Of a stretch of 30,859 nucleotides of DNA, positions 1 to 10,804 are shown piece by piece (positions within the stretch are counted from its first letter, which is position 1; every line of letters begins with the position of its first letter). The position numbers were made by a program, and so were the translations under genes. The stretch covers positions 1 to 30,859 of the forward strand of contig NW_021832350.1 in assembly GCF_006345805.1 (NCBI RefSeq). The letters run 5' to 3'. Below the pieces are notes generated by a model that did no database searches, was not told the DNA's origin, and saw only the letters and a list, made by a program, of their open reading frames with translations. The stretch comes from Octopus sinensis (taxonomy: Eukaryota).

Positions 1-103
1 AGGGGGTGGTGATCCCTGCGGACTCTTCACCACTCTTTCTCCCACTCTTTCTCCCACTCTTTCTCCCACTTCTGATGGTCTGGTCGGTCACGTGATCACG
101 TGA
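1..103 (+). mobile_element. SINE-B 3' part, internally deleted, ending in (TCACGTGA)2
   Basis: Matches the copy at 1509-1794 (agggggtggtgat...ctgatggtctggtcggtcacgtgatcacgtga). Contains a 12-bp CCCACTCTTTCT tandem repeat at about 30-71. Confidence 0.8.
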
Positions 104-120
104 TATACTTATATACAAAC

Positions 121-172
<52 letters not shown>

Positions 173-245
173 ATAGATGTATATATATAATATATATATG
201 TATGTATGTATATATATATATATATATTTGTGCGTGTGTATGTAA
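104..245. repeat. (TA)n/(TG)n/(CATA)n compound microsatellite
   Basis: Seen directly. Confidence 0.95.
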
Positions 246-364
246 TTATTTTCGTCTTGGGTATACACATGGTAAAATAATATTTTTTTCTTATTTTTGG
301 CGTTTCTTTTATGATTAACTATACGTAGGTCAATTACCTAAATATTAAAAAAAAAAAGTTGCTT

Positions 365-1380
365 CTATTCCATGATACACCAAACCATGAAAACCTCTGT
401 TCAACCAGCTACAGGCAAATAACGAAATGAATTATAATAGAACCAGGTGAAACCGAGTTTATAGAGCGAAGAGCCTTTGATAAGACATATCTGCACCGAA
501 GTATGCACACCCAAAAAAGTTTGCCACAAGAAAAGTTCAACAACAACACACCTTCCCCGAAAATACTACCTTACATATCTACATACAACCCCAGAAACAA
601 AGAAGCCTTCACATCATCACCCAGAATTTACAACTACTTCATAAGGACCCAAATTAAAGGAATTCTAAACATACACCAAATCATTAAACAAAAGCTACAA
701 ACAACCTAAATCACTTAAAAGATTCTCACAAAGGCAAAATTGTTTTCTGAAATTACGGATGCAAAAGTAAAAAAATGTCGTAGATCGAACTGTGCCACAT
801 GTCCAAAACCTGCTAGAAGGATCAGAATTCCTCTTAAAGAGGGACAGAAATTCAAGATCAAATCTAACTTTACTTGTGCCTCTGAAAACATATTTATGTC
901 ATAAAATGCTCGGGCTGCCACCAAGACTACGTGGGATCCACGGGACTATCACTCAGACGTAGATGCCCACACTGCATCGACAACAGATTGCATCCCAGAA
1001 TACAGAATGATACCTTTTAGTGAGCACATTGAGAAATGCGCAAAGCAATACTACCACAATTTTTAATCTTCCATTTTACCAATGTGCTATCGGATCATCA
1101 ACACAAATTAGACTAAACAAGGAAACATTCTTCATTGAAAAGTACAAGCCCAGACTTAACCATGCCAACATACTGATACAGGAAATTCACACCAAGGAAA
1201 AGAAAAAAAATTTAAGCGATTATCTCCCTTACACCGGAAGAGAATCACTCATTACTCCCCTTATTTAGAACTCTTTAAACATAAACATAACGATAACTCT
1301 ATTCAACATAAACATAACGTCGTAAGAAATTGAAAAGCTAAACGCGAAACCAGTCTTTCTTCTAAATTATGTCATTGTAA
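365..1380 (+). mobile_element. Penelope-like retroelement remnant: RT C-terminal/linker, GIY-YIG endonuclease and 3' region; frameshifted
   Basis: Frame-stitched translation ...LPYISTYNPRN...KILTKAK...KKCRRSNCATCP...FKIKSNFTCASENI/YVIKCSGCHQDYVGSTGLSLRRR/HRQQIAS/EYRMIPFSEHIEKC...RLNKETFFIEKYKPRLN gives the Cys-rich linker and GIY-YIG motifs typical of Penelope elements. Confidence 0.85.
1324..1361 (+). ncRNA. Minimal type-I hammerhead ribozyme motif at the Penelope 3' region
   Basis: Stem I AAGAAA (1324-1329)/TTTCTT (1356-1361); core UUGAAAA (1330-1336); stem II GC-UAAAC-GC; GAAAC-CA-GUC cleavage triplet ending at 1355. Confidence 0.6.
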
Positions 1381-1476
1381 GAAAAAAAAATGTTTAATAT
1401 TCTTCAGACATATTGACGCAAATATATATATTTTTTAACCTTTAAGCCTTCTGTAGTTCTTTCACTTTTTACTATT

Positions 1477-1508
<32 letters not shown>

Positions 1509-1513
<5 letters not shown>

Positions 1514-1794
1514 CCAGTAGTTAGGGCATCGGACTCGCGGTTGTAGGATCATGGTTTCGATTCTCAGACCGGGCATTGTGAGTGTTTATTGAGCGAAAAC
1601 ACCTATAAGCTCCACGAGGCCCCGGCAGGGGGTGGTGATTCCTGCTGTACTCTTTCTCGCACTCTTTCTTCTGTTGGCCAGCTCGCTTACCCACCGGGGT
1701 GGCATCATTCAAAGGCTAAAAACAAAGCAAAGCGCATTGTGACCAGCGATGTGTAGTAACATCTGATGGTCTGGTTGGTCACGTGATCACGTGA
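1509..1794 (+). mobile_element. SINE-B, tRNA-derived, 3' module i
   Basis: tRNA-like head (tggcccagtagttaggg...ggtttcgattc, box A/B) shared with the other SINE-B copies. Confidence 0.9.
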
Positions 1795-2249
1795 TATACA
1801 TATATGTGTGTGTGTATGTATTAAAGAAAGCAAAAGATAAAACAAAATGATAGTGTTCAATATCTTAGTTCAGTATGTTCGTTTAGTGTTCAGTATGTTG
1901 GCCTCAGGAATTTCCGTCAAAGAGACATGGTTAAACAAAGTTGTACATCGTCTCCCTCTTTCTCTCGCATATCCACTCTTTCTCTCTTCCTTATTATTAC
2001 TCCTACCTCCACCATCAACACTACTACTTTTAATAAAACATCAACTCTCCCTACATTCATTTGTCACTCTTTCTCATCCTCTCTTCTTCTTTCGCTCTCT
2101 TTCTCTGTCTGTCTTCGCCACCACCCACACCGTCTCTGTGTCAACTATTACTCTCACCTCAGCGCGAGGAATAGTAGAAGAGAGTGGGGAGGGTCAGGTG
2201 TGACACACTGACACACACAAATTACTTTTCGCATTTATATTAGCTGTAT

Positions 2250-2628
2250 ACTCTTTTAACTTGTTTCAGTTATTTCACTGCGGCCATGCTAGACCACCAC
2301 ATTTAGTCGAGCAAATGGACCTCACGACTTATTCTTTGTAAGCCTTGTATTTATTCTATCGGTCTCTTTTGCCGAACCGCTAAGTTTCTGCGACGTAAAC
2401 ACGCCAGCAGCGGTTGTCAAGCATGTTGGGTGGGGGAAACACAGACACGCAAACATACACACAGTTCCGTCTACCAGATGCACTCACAAGCCTTTGGTCA
2501 GCCCGAGGCTATAGTAGAAGACACTTGCCGAAGGTACCGCGCAGTATGACTGAATCCGGAACCATGTGTGGTAAGGAGGGAGTGGCTGTGTGGTAAGCAA
2601 CCTACTTACCACACAGCCACTCCTGCGC
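2250..2628 (-). mobile_element. SINE-A, diverged, with an inverted duplication of its head
   Basis: Reverse complement of the SINE-A consensus; lacks the internal microsatellite segment. Confidence 0.9.
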
Positions 2629-2630
2629 TC

Positions 2631-2684
<54 letters not shown>

Positions 2685-2830
2685 TGCATTGTATTATATT
2701 CAATCTATCTGTGTGTCCTTCTATCTGTCTATACATACATACATACATACATACATACATACATACATACATACATACATACATACATACATACATACAT
2801 ACATGCATACATACATACATACATACATAC
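2631..2830. repeat. (TA)n and (CATA)n microsatellites
   Basis: Seen directly. Confidence 0.95.
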
Positions 2831-3646
2831 CCGTGCGCAATGGACAAGAAATTGGATTAAATTTCCAAGTGTATAAAATTGGTTTAGCGCTTTTGTTGAA
2901 ATTTAAAGAGTGAAAAAACTCACTTTTAAATAAGTTCCTATAATTGCAGACGAATCCCTAATTTTTATAATAGTTCCGTTTTATTGCTCGTGGATAGTGT
3001 CTGCGTGTGACTATGTGTTGTGTATGATTTTATGAGTGGTTGATTTTTAACTGTACGCATATGTATTTAATTTTTTTTTTTGTGTGTCAACGGACATAGG
3101 GATTTATATATGTTCACATAGGGACGTATTTATAGCCGGTTGTATTTTTGTACGCGTGTGTGCTTGTGCGTCTGTGATTGTATGCAAGTGTGTACATGTG
3201 TAGAAAATTATCCTGGAAACACAATGCCAAATGCATATGTTGCCTGCTCGTATATAAAGAGATATATTGATGTCATTCCACCTCAGTTGAAACCTTCAGC
3301 TGCATGTCGAAAGGTAAAGATTTGTGGCTGTCATACTCACTTTGAATCTGTCAAATAACCTGCCAATATAAGCAAGCTGTGACGGTCACGCAGAAAAAAA
3401 ATTAATTTCTTCTACTATTTCATTTTCGCCCTCTTTATCTCCATAGATTCGTCATTTATTTCTTTTCTCTCTTTTTTAAAATGTTTTCTTCATTTACCTT
3501 CTTTTTTATTTAGCTTTTCCTGATTTTTTAAATTCTTCTCTAGTTGTCTGACTGTCTGTATCACACTGTCAATTTCTTTTCACGTGGTTCCACGAGAAGA
3601 GAGATATTCATTCAACAGTAAAGTTTCTCATAAATCTTGATTTATC

Positions 3647-3717
<71 letters not shown>

Positions 3718-3718
3718 C
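3647..3718. repeat. (AAT)n microsatellite
   Basis: Seen directly. Confidence 0.97.
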
Positions 3719-3744
3719 AACGATGCAGTACCGATGCCCTGATG

Positions 3745-4190
3745 CAGTATAAATGCCCGGATGCAGCACCAGACAGTGGCTCTCATGACTTCTGATCTTA
3801 ACTGGTTAGAAGTGTTATCATGTACATTGTTTTGTCTTGGTATAAAAGATGGGCTACAGCAAATATTCTGCTCAATACCACAGATTTGCTTGTCAGTTGT
3901 TTGACCTTAACCAGTTGAGCATGTCCCTTAGTGTTTGATGATATGTGCATCTTTGATCACGAGCAGAAGTAGTGGGGGTGCATCGTAGCCATGTGTTGAG
4001 AGAAATTATTTGGGGTTTGAATAATTCACCTCTGGAAACATGGGTGTTTCGTTCAACATCCTTAAAGAACCCTTATTCAGGGACCTTTTGAGTGAGATGG
4101 GCTTACTCGACCAGAAGAAAATTCTAACTGGGCCCCAACTGCAAGGTCATGTGATGCTTATCTCGATGTAAGATCACCATCTCGTAATCG
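3745..4190 (+). repeat. Unclassified interspersed repeat
   Basis: Shares tactcgaccNgaagaaaattctaactgggcccca..tgcaaggtcatg (about 4104-4152) with about 17178-17226. Outer boundaries uncertain. Confidence 0.5.
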
Positions 4191-4769
4191 GGAGAAATCG
4201 GGATTGCAATACCAATGAAACGTAATGAAGTGAAGTTAAAGTCAGTGACGGGTGAGACGTTATATAAATAACGGCTTAAACATTCGGATAATAGCCACAG
4301 AATATGCAGAATGTTAAGCAAAACGTTGTTTTATTGAAACAAAATGAAATTTGAATTAAAAGGCTAAACGTCCCATGCACAGGTGACAACACACAGATCA
4401 TTTTGGACCCGAACACCGAACAGCATTGACCTCTTGCCTCTCTTTCTTTTACTGAGTTACGATTCCTCAATTTCATTTTTTCTTAGTGTAACTTGTTAAA
4501 GAAAATCTCAGCATGCGCGTTTTGGCTATCTTTTAACAATGCATAAAATGTTATGTGAATCCCATATTAACGACTCATATAGTGAATATTTATGATTAGC
4601 ATCATCTACAAAGTTCCTCAAATATTCCGCTGTCAAATTCGCATGTGGAAATAACAAGACGTGTTAATTGCCACTGCGCTACTCAGCTGCGAGTTTATGA
4701 AGCACATCACATCGAAACGGATGTTGGGACCTAACAGTTTTTACACCACCTTTGGCTTGCGTTACTTTT

Positions 4770-4882
4770 ACCACCACCACCACCTCCTCCTCCTCCTCCT
4801 CTATCTCCACCTCTTTCTCTTCTTCTTCTTCTTCTTCTTCTTCTTCTTCTTCTTCTTCTTCTTCTTCTTCTTCTTCTTCTTC
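4770..4882. repeat. (CAC)n(CTC)n(TTC)n microsatellite
   Basis: Seen directly. Confidence 0.95.
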
Positions 4883-5297
4883 TAGTTCTTTCTTTTGTCT
4901 GTGTGTGCATGTGTTTCTTGAACTTGTGCGTTCATATGTCTGTGCATGTACCTGACACATTCCGCCTCTTGTACTTTTCATGATAGCTATTCCTTTTTTT
5001 ATTAACCTCCATCTCAATCTGGTCAGCACACAAATATGGTGTGGTGATATTGTTTTGTAATTTTTATTTTCGGGATGTCTGTACTCTTCTTCCAGGATCG
5101 AGCACGTGATGAAGTCCTTCGTCTTGTCGGCGATTCCTAGATCAATGTCTGATGATGGTACTTTAGATATTTGTGTCTGTTGTTGATACTGAACTTGTTT
5201 ACTCTTGTCAACTTCACTTCTGTCTTTGCTGAAACTTTTCCAGCTCGTCAAAGCAGCAAGCCTCACGTATAACATTTTAGAAGGCAGGAGGACAGAT

Positions 5298-5395
5298 GTG
5301 GAAACAGCTGCGTGGAAACAGTTGCGTGGAAACAGTTGCGTGGAAACAGTTGCGTGGAAACAGTTGCGTGGAAACAGTTGCGTGGAAACAGCTGC
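5298..5395. repeat. 14-bp minisatellite GTGGAAACAG(T/C)TGC x7
   Basis: Seven copies counted. First and last have CAGCTG; the five inner copies have CAGTTG. Confidence 0.95.
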
Positions 5396-5444
5396 GTTCA
5401 CGATTTCCTTCATTTCGAAAATACCAATCACTTGACGATTTAAT

Positions 5445-5854
5445 ACTCTTTACTTGTTTCAGTCATTTGACTGCGGCCATGCTGGAGCACCGCCTTTTAG
5501 TCGAGCAAATCAACCCCGGGACTTATTCTTTGTAGGCCCAGTACTTATTTTATCGGTCTCTTTTGCCGAACCGCTAAGTAACGGGGACGTAAACACACCA
5601 GCATCGGTTGTCAAGCAATGCTAGGAGGGGGACAAACACAGACACACAAACACACACACAAACATATACATATATATATATATATATACATATATACGAC
5701 AGGCTTCTTTCAGTTTCCGTCTACCAAATCCACTCACAAGGCATTGGTCGGCCCGGGGCTATAGCAGAAGACACTTGCCCAAGATGCCACGCAGTGGGAC
5801 TGAACCCGGAACCATGTGGTTCGTAAGCAAGCTACTTACCACACAGCCACTCCT
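5445..5854 (-). mobile_element. SINE-A, near full length
   Basis: tRNA-like head, internal (TA)n/(TG)n and AAGTAAAGAG tail, all on the minus strand. Confidence 0.93.
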
Positions 5855-6005
5855 AATGTTTGTTTATAAAAATGTTTTCACGTATAACAAGTTGGCTTTC
5901 GTCCGGCAGAGATCAGTCTCATATCCGTTGTCTTCGCTCATCAAAATGGACACAACTCAGATATGACCTTGTAATTTTGGGACATATAACCACAACCTCG
6001 TGGAT

Positions 6006-6112
6006 TAGGTGTTTTCGCTCAATAAACACTCACAACGGCCGGTCTGGGAATCGAAACCGCGATCCTACGACCGCGAGTCCGCTGCCCTAACCACTGGGCC
6101 ATTGCGCATCCA
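6006..6112 (-). mobile_element. SINE-B head only
   Basis: Reverse complement of the head at 19411. Confidence 0.88.
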
Positions 6113-6368
6113 TTTTTAATAGTTCCATTCACACAAAACATTTCCGCCTACTCACTTGTTTCAAGCCTGAGCACAACATCAGTCATTTTAGAAGAAGAGA
6201 ATTTTCGAGTATATTGACCATTCCGAAGACCTTGGTTAGACTGATGTTGGTCCTATATCACTCTGCGCTAAGTAACTGTTTTTTTTTTTTCGATTCTAAA
6301 GCAATGACGGACTTTGGATTAATATTGCTGCCAATATCTTTGGCTACCCTTCTGTTTCTTTGTACCTT

Positions 6369-6597
6369 AAATACCTATTTCTTTACTACCCACAAGGGGC
6401 TAAACACAGAGAGGACAAAAAAGGACAGACAAACGGATTAAGTCGATTATATCGACCCCAGTGCGTAACTGGTACTTATTTAATCGACCCCGAAAGGATG
6501 AAAGGCAAAGTCGGACTCGGCGGAATTTGAACTCACAACGTAGCGGCAGACGAGATACTGATAAGCATCTCGCCCAGCGTGCCAACGATTCTGCCAG
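6369..6597 (-). mobile_element. SINE-C, solitary, tail X
   Basis: Body gcctttcatcctttcggggtcgattaaataagtaccag; ends in gaaataggtattt. Confidence 0.9.
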
Positions 6598-6660
6598 TGT
6601 ATCGACGGAGATATGCCATTCTAATTCAACCTCCTTCTGAATTTTACATCATAAGTAGAT

Positions 6661-6833
6661 AGGCGTAGGAGTGGCTGTGTGGTAAGTAGCTTGCTTACAA
6701 ACCACATGGCTCCGGGTTCAGTCTCATTGCATGGCACCTTGGGCAAGTGTCTTCTACTATAGCATCGGGCTGACCAAAAGCCTTGTGAGTGGATTTGGTA
6801 GACGGAAACTGAAAGAAGCCCGTCGTATATACG

Positions 6834-6866
<33 letters not shown>

Positions 6867-7106
6867 CACATATGCATGTAGGTGTGTGTATATGTTTGTG
6901 TGTCTGTGTTTGTCTCCCTAACATAGCTTGACAATCGATGCTGGTGTGCTTACGTCCCCGTAACTTAGCGGTTTGGCAAAAGAGATCCGATAGAATAAGT
7001 ACTGGGCTTACAAAAGAATAAGTCCCGGGGTCGTGTTGCTCGATTAAAGGCAGTGCTCCAGCATGGCCACAGTCAAATGACTGAAACAAGTAAAAAAATA
7101 AAAGAG
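6661..7106 (+). mobile_element. SINE-A, full length
   Basis: ggcgtaggagtggctgtgtgg head through tgactgaaacaagtaaaa tail. Confidence 0.93.
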
Positions 7107-7410
7107 AAGTATTTCTCACGTTATGTCACTAGAGGCTTTTATCGGCCTCTGATTTCAGAGTAACTGTAAGTCTCTTTATGCCCTTTTTATAAACACTTAC
7201 AAATATGTATGTTTGTATTTTACTCGCTGTTGCAAAGCATAATAAATACAGTTCAGAAAAAGATATGATGGTTTTCGTGATTTGGCCATTCAAAATGACC
7301 ATTTCGGATGAGTTTCCCCACCACCAGGGATCATTAGTTTTAATTAAGGACGTAATTTATGTTTTCATTTAATAAACTTTCTCTCTCTCCCTCCCTCTCT
7401 TCGCGTGTAT

Positions 7411-7819
7411 AGGCGCAGGAGTGGTTGTGTGGTAAGTAGCTTGTTTCCCAACCACATGGTTCCGGGTTCAGTCCCACTGCGTGGCACCCTGGGCAAGTGT
7501 CTTCTACTATAGCCTCGGGCCGACCAAAGCCTTGTGAGTGGATTTGGTAGACGGAAACTGAAAGAAGCCCGTCGTATATATGTATATATATGTATGTGCG
7601 TGTATGTTTGTGTGTTTGTGTTTGTCCCCCTAGCATTGCTTGACAACCGATGCTGGTGTGTTTATGTCCCCGTCACTTAGCGGTTCGGCAAAAGAGACCG
7701 ATAGAATAAGTACTGGGCTTACAAAAGAATAAGTCCCGCCGGGGTCGAGTTGCTCAATTAAAAGGCGGTGCTCCAGTATGGCCGCAGTCAAAATGACTGA
7801 AACAAGTAAAAAAAAAAAA
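7411..7819 (+). mobile_element. SINE-A, full length
   Basis: Matches family consensus end to end. Confidence 0.93.
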
Positions 7820-8539
7820 TGTAAGTATGTATGTTTGTGTGTGTGTATGTGTATGCGTGCGTGAGAGCATTATTATAAGATGTTGCTATTTACTGTATTA
7901 TTTAAAACATTCAGTACTGTAGCGACCGCTACTTAGGTACGAAAAGCAGTCATACACTCACATATGACTTTTGCTCCATCTATGGAGACCTTACTCCCAC
8001 ACATATAAAACTGGGCTTGTTAAATTGTTACAATACGGACAAACTAAGAGTCCTCATACGTTGCATTTGTTCATAGCATTCCTTCAACATCACCGTCTGG
8101 CAGGTAGCATATTTTTCTTTTATTTTTACATCTATGTCTTTTGCGGAACGGTGAGCAGTTTCAATTTCAAACTTTACTTCTCATTCGCAACGTTAGCAAA
8201 GCTATTTGTGTTGTGCAAATTTCAGCTACTGCCACTATTTATATTTACAATACAAATGTCATCGTTTGTGCGTTTTGTTTATTTTCCAAAGTGTCAATTT
8301 TTACGTTTGTATTTGTAATTGCATCTGTTTATCCAATTGCCACTTGTTTTGCGTCTGTTTCTCCTATTTTATTCTCAAAGTCTATGTTTTTTATTGTTAA
8401 CAATTTCCTGCGAAACGTTCGTTCTTAGAACATTTGGACTCTACACACTTTGCAGTCCTTATAGATACACTAGAAGAAAGAAAAAAAACCTATCGATATT
8501 ACTTGTACCAAAAAGTTTACAAAAATATAATATATAATA

Positions 8540-8955
8540 AGCGCAGGAGTGGCTGTGTGGTAAGTAGCTTGCTAACCAACCACATGGTTCCGGGTTCAGT
8601 CCCACTGCGTGGCATCTTGAGCAAGTGTCTTCTGCTATAGCCCCGGGCCGACCAATGCCTTATGAGTGGATTTGGTAGACGGAAACTGAAAGAAGCCTGT
8701 CGTATATATGTATATATATATATATATGTATGTGTGTGTATATGTTTGTGTGTCTGTGTTTGTCCCCCTAGCATTGTTTGACAACTGATGCTGGTATGTT
8801 TACGTCCCCGTCACTTAGCGGTTCGGCAAAAGAGACCGATAGAATAAGTACTGGGCTTACAAAGAATAAGTCCCGTTGGTCGATTTGCTCGACTAAAAGG
8901 CGGTGCTCCAGCATGGCCGCAGTCATATGACTGAAACAAGTAAAAGAGTAAAGAG
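8540..8955 (+). mobile_element. SINE-A, full length, possible TATAATA target-site duplication (TSD)
   Basis: tataata at 8533-8539 and 8956-8962. Confidence 0.93.
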
Positions 8956-9145
8956 TATAATACTGAGATAAACGCTCCAAGGTTTCAAAATTAAATAATA
9001 TAAAAGTAAAACATGATATTTCATTTATTTCCAGGGTTCTCTTAAATAGAGTTTTCCTTGTGAAAAACAATAAAAGGAGCAGCAACTATAAGAAGTACAA
9101 CAGTCACAGCTGTACCAGAAAATGCTCTAGATGGACTTTTTAAAC

Positions 9146-9333
9146 CAGCCGTTCTCAACCGCAGCCCCAAGGGCCTCATGCAGTATTCAAGCATCCTTCC
9201 GGCGGCCTTCGACGGTCTTGCCCCTATAAATATAATAACTTTTTTTCTTTAATTGACTTAGGTTTTTGGTGCGGACCTAAATAAATCCACGTTTTGCATC
9301 TGGCCCAGATATTAAAACAGTTGAGACGCACTG
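9146..9333. mobile_element. hAT (Charlie-like) MITE
   Basis: Imperfect terminal inverted repeats (TIRs) CAGCCGTTCTCAAC / GTTGAGACGCACTG resembling the CAGTGGTTCTCAAC type. The 8-bp flanks are not identical. Confidence 0.5.
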
Positions 9334-9479
9334 GTGTATAAACCAATTATGTTATGGGAATCTGATGTCCAGAAAGAACAGCTAAATAGTGCAGACAAGA
9401 TATTATATATGACATAAAAGAACACAGAGTATTTTGTAACTCAGTGTGCAATTTCTTTAAGCAAAAATGTTGGTGAGAA

Positions 9480-9600
9480 GGAATTGGAAAATATCTCCTC
9501 GATATACACCGATTTAAAAGTAGACGTATGAAGAAAGCGTCTGCAAAAATTGAAGTAGTACCAGTTATCTTCGGAGTATTAGGTTCAATCGCACGTAATA
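9480..9600 (+). mobile_element. Degenerate restriction-like endonuclease (RLE) remnant of a non-LTR element
   Basis: YTDLKVDV / KIEVVPVIFGVLGSI resembles the KYxDLK...VVPVVIGALG RLE motif. Confidence 0.4.
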
Positions 9601-9788
9601 TCATATCACACTCACACACACATATATACATGCGCGCGCGCATGCGCACACACAAATTGACGATTAATCATGTATGCTCATATGCACTATACAAGAAATG
9701 AATTGATTTAAGAAATATATGTGAATTTTTTTTAATTTACACTAAATATGTTGCCCTTATCAAACATTTTAGCCGATTCTGTACATAC

Positions 9789-9940
9789 AGGCGTAGGAGT
9801 GGCTGTGTGGTAAGTAGCTTACTTACCAACCACATTGTTTCGGGTTCAGCCGCATTGCGTGCCACCTTGGGCAAGTGTCTTCTACTACTATAGCCTCGCT
9901 CCGACCAAAGCCTTGTGAGTGGATTTGGTAGACGGAAACT
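9789..9940 (+). mobile_element. SINE-A 5' half
   Basis: Head to gacggaaact, then truncated. Confidence 0.9.
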
Positions 9941-9984
9941 ACTTAGCAGAATGGTTACGAAGGGAAGCATCTTGCTTAAACCTT

Positions 9985-10400
9985 CGTCCTTTAAACTTTT
10001 AGAAGGTCTTGTAGATTTTTATAGTCCCATATATCGTGATCATTTATAGTGTATGAAATAAGGACTTGCATTCTCTACCCACGAACCCAAGTTTAGCCAT
10101 ACTTTGTTCCAGACGAATTGGTATGTGTGCTTTTGCTCCAATAATAATAGGTATATAACACAAAGTGCATCTCTGGTACTGGATTTGCAGTCACCTTATC
10201 AATAGTCTATAGATATCCTACTTCATTTCTATTTTCATAACCACATTCATACCCAGAGGGCAGCTGATTTCCACAACAGATCATACGTTTTACTTGTGGT
10301 CGCACACAATATCTGGCGGGTTGTGTTTTGATTTCGTAGCTGTTTTGATTTTTAAGTTTCATCAATATTCTTATGAGCCATTGGTCTCAATATAGTCAAC
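9985..10400 (-). mobile_element. RLE-class non-LTR retrotransposon C-terminal remnant (R4-like)
   Basis: KIKTATKSKHNPPDIV...VVEISCPL...IPIIIGAKAHIP...LGF...GTIKIYKTF with stops; a PD-(D/E)xK-type RLE domain. Confidence 0.75.
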
Positions 10401-10544
10401 TTCATCTGTAGCTGTTTCCTTTTCTATGTATGCAGACGCTTTCTAGGTATGTATACGTATGTATGCATGATAGCTACAATAGTGGAAGAGCCTGGTGTAA
10501 ATTTGCAATAACCTCACAATAAACGAATGAAATAATACACACAT

Positions 10545-10599
10545 ACGTACGTACATACATACATACATACATACATACATACATACATACATACATACA

Positions 10600-10635
<36 letters not shown>

Positions 10636-10765
10636 TATTCTTAAATCCTTAAAAATGTTTTAGCCCGAAGGCCGCGGCCATGCTGGGACACCATATATAT
10701 ATATATATACATACACACACACACCACACACACACACACCATTATATATAATATATATATAATAT

Positions 10766-10796
<31 letters not shown>

Positions 10797-10800
10797 TCAT
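10545..10800. repeat. (CATA)n, (CA)n and AT-rich microsatellites
   Basis: Seen directly. Confidence 0.9.
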
Positions 10801-10804
10801 TTAT

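Noticed and set aside
5096-5140. DRARDEVLRLVGD resembling a cytochrome P450 J-helix exon
   Set aside because: An in-frame TAG follows immediately and no other P450 exon is visible.
7411-7490. tRNA-like heads as tRNA genes
   Set aside because: They have box A/B but run straight into SINE bodies and recur many times; I could not fold a complete cloverleaf.
7960-8450. Possible LINE ORF1 or coiled-coil remnant on the minus strand
   Set aside because: Multiple stops and no diagnostic motif.
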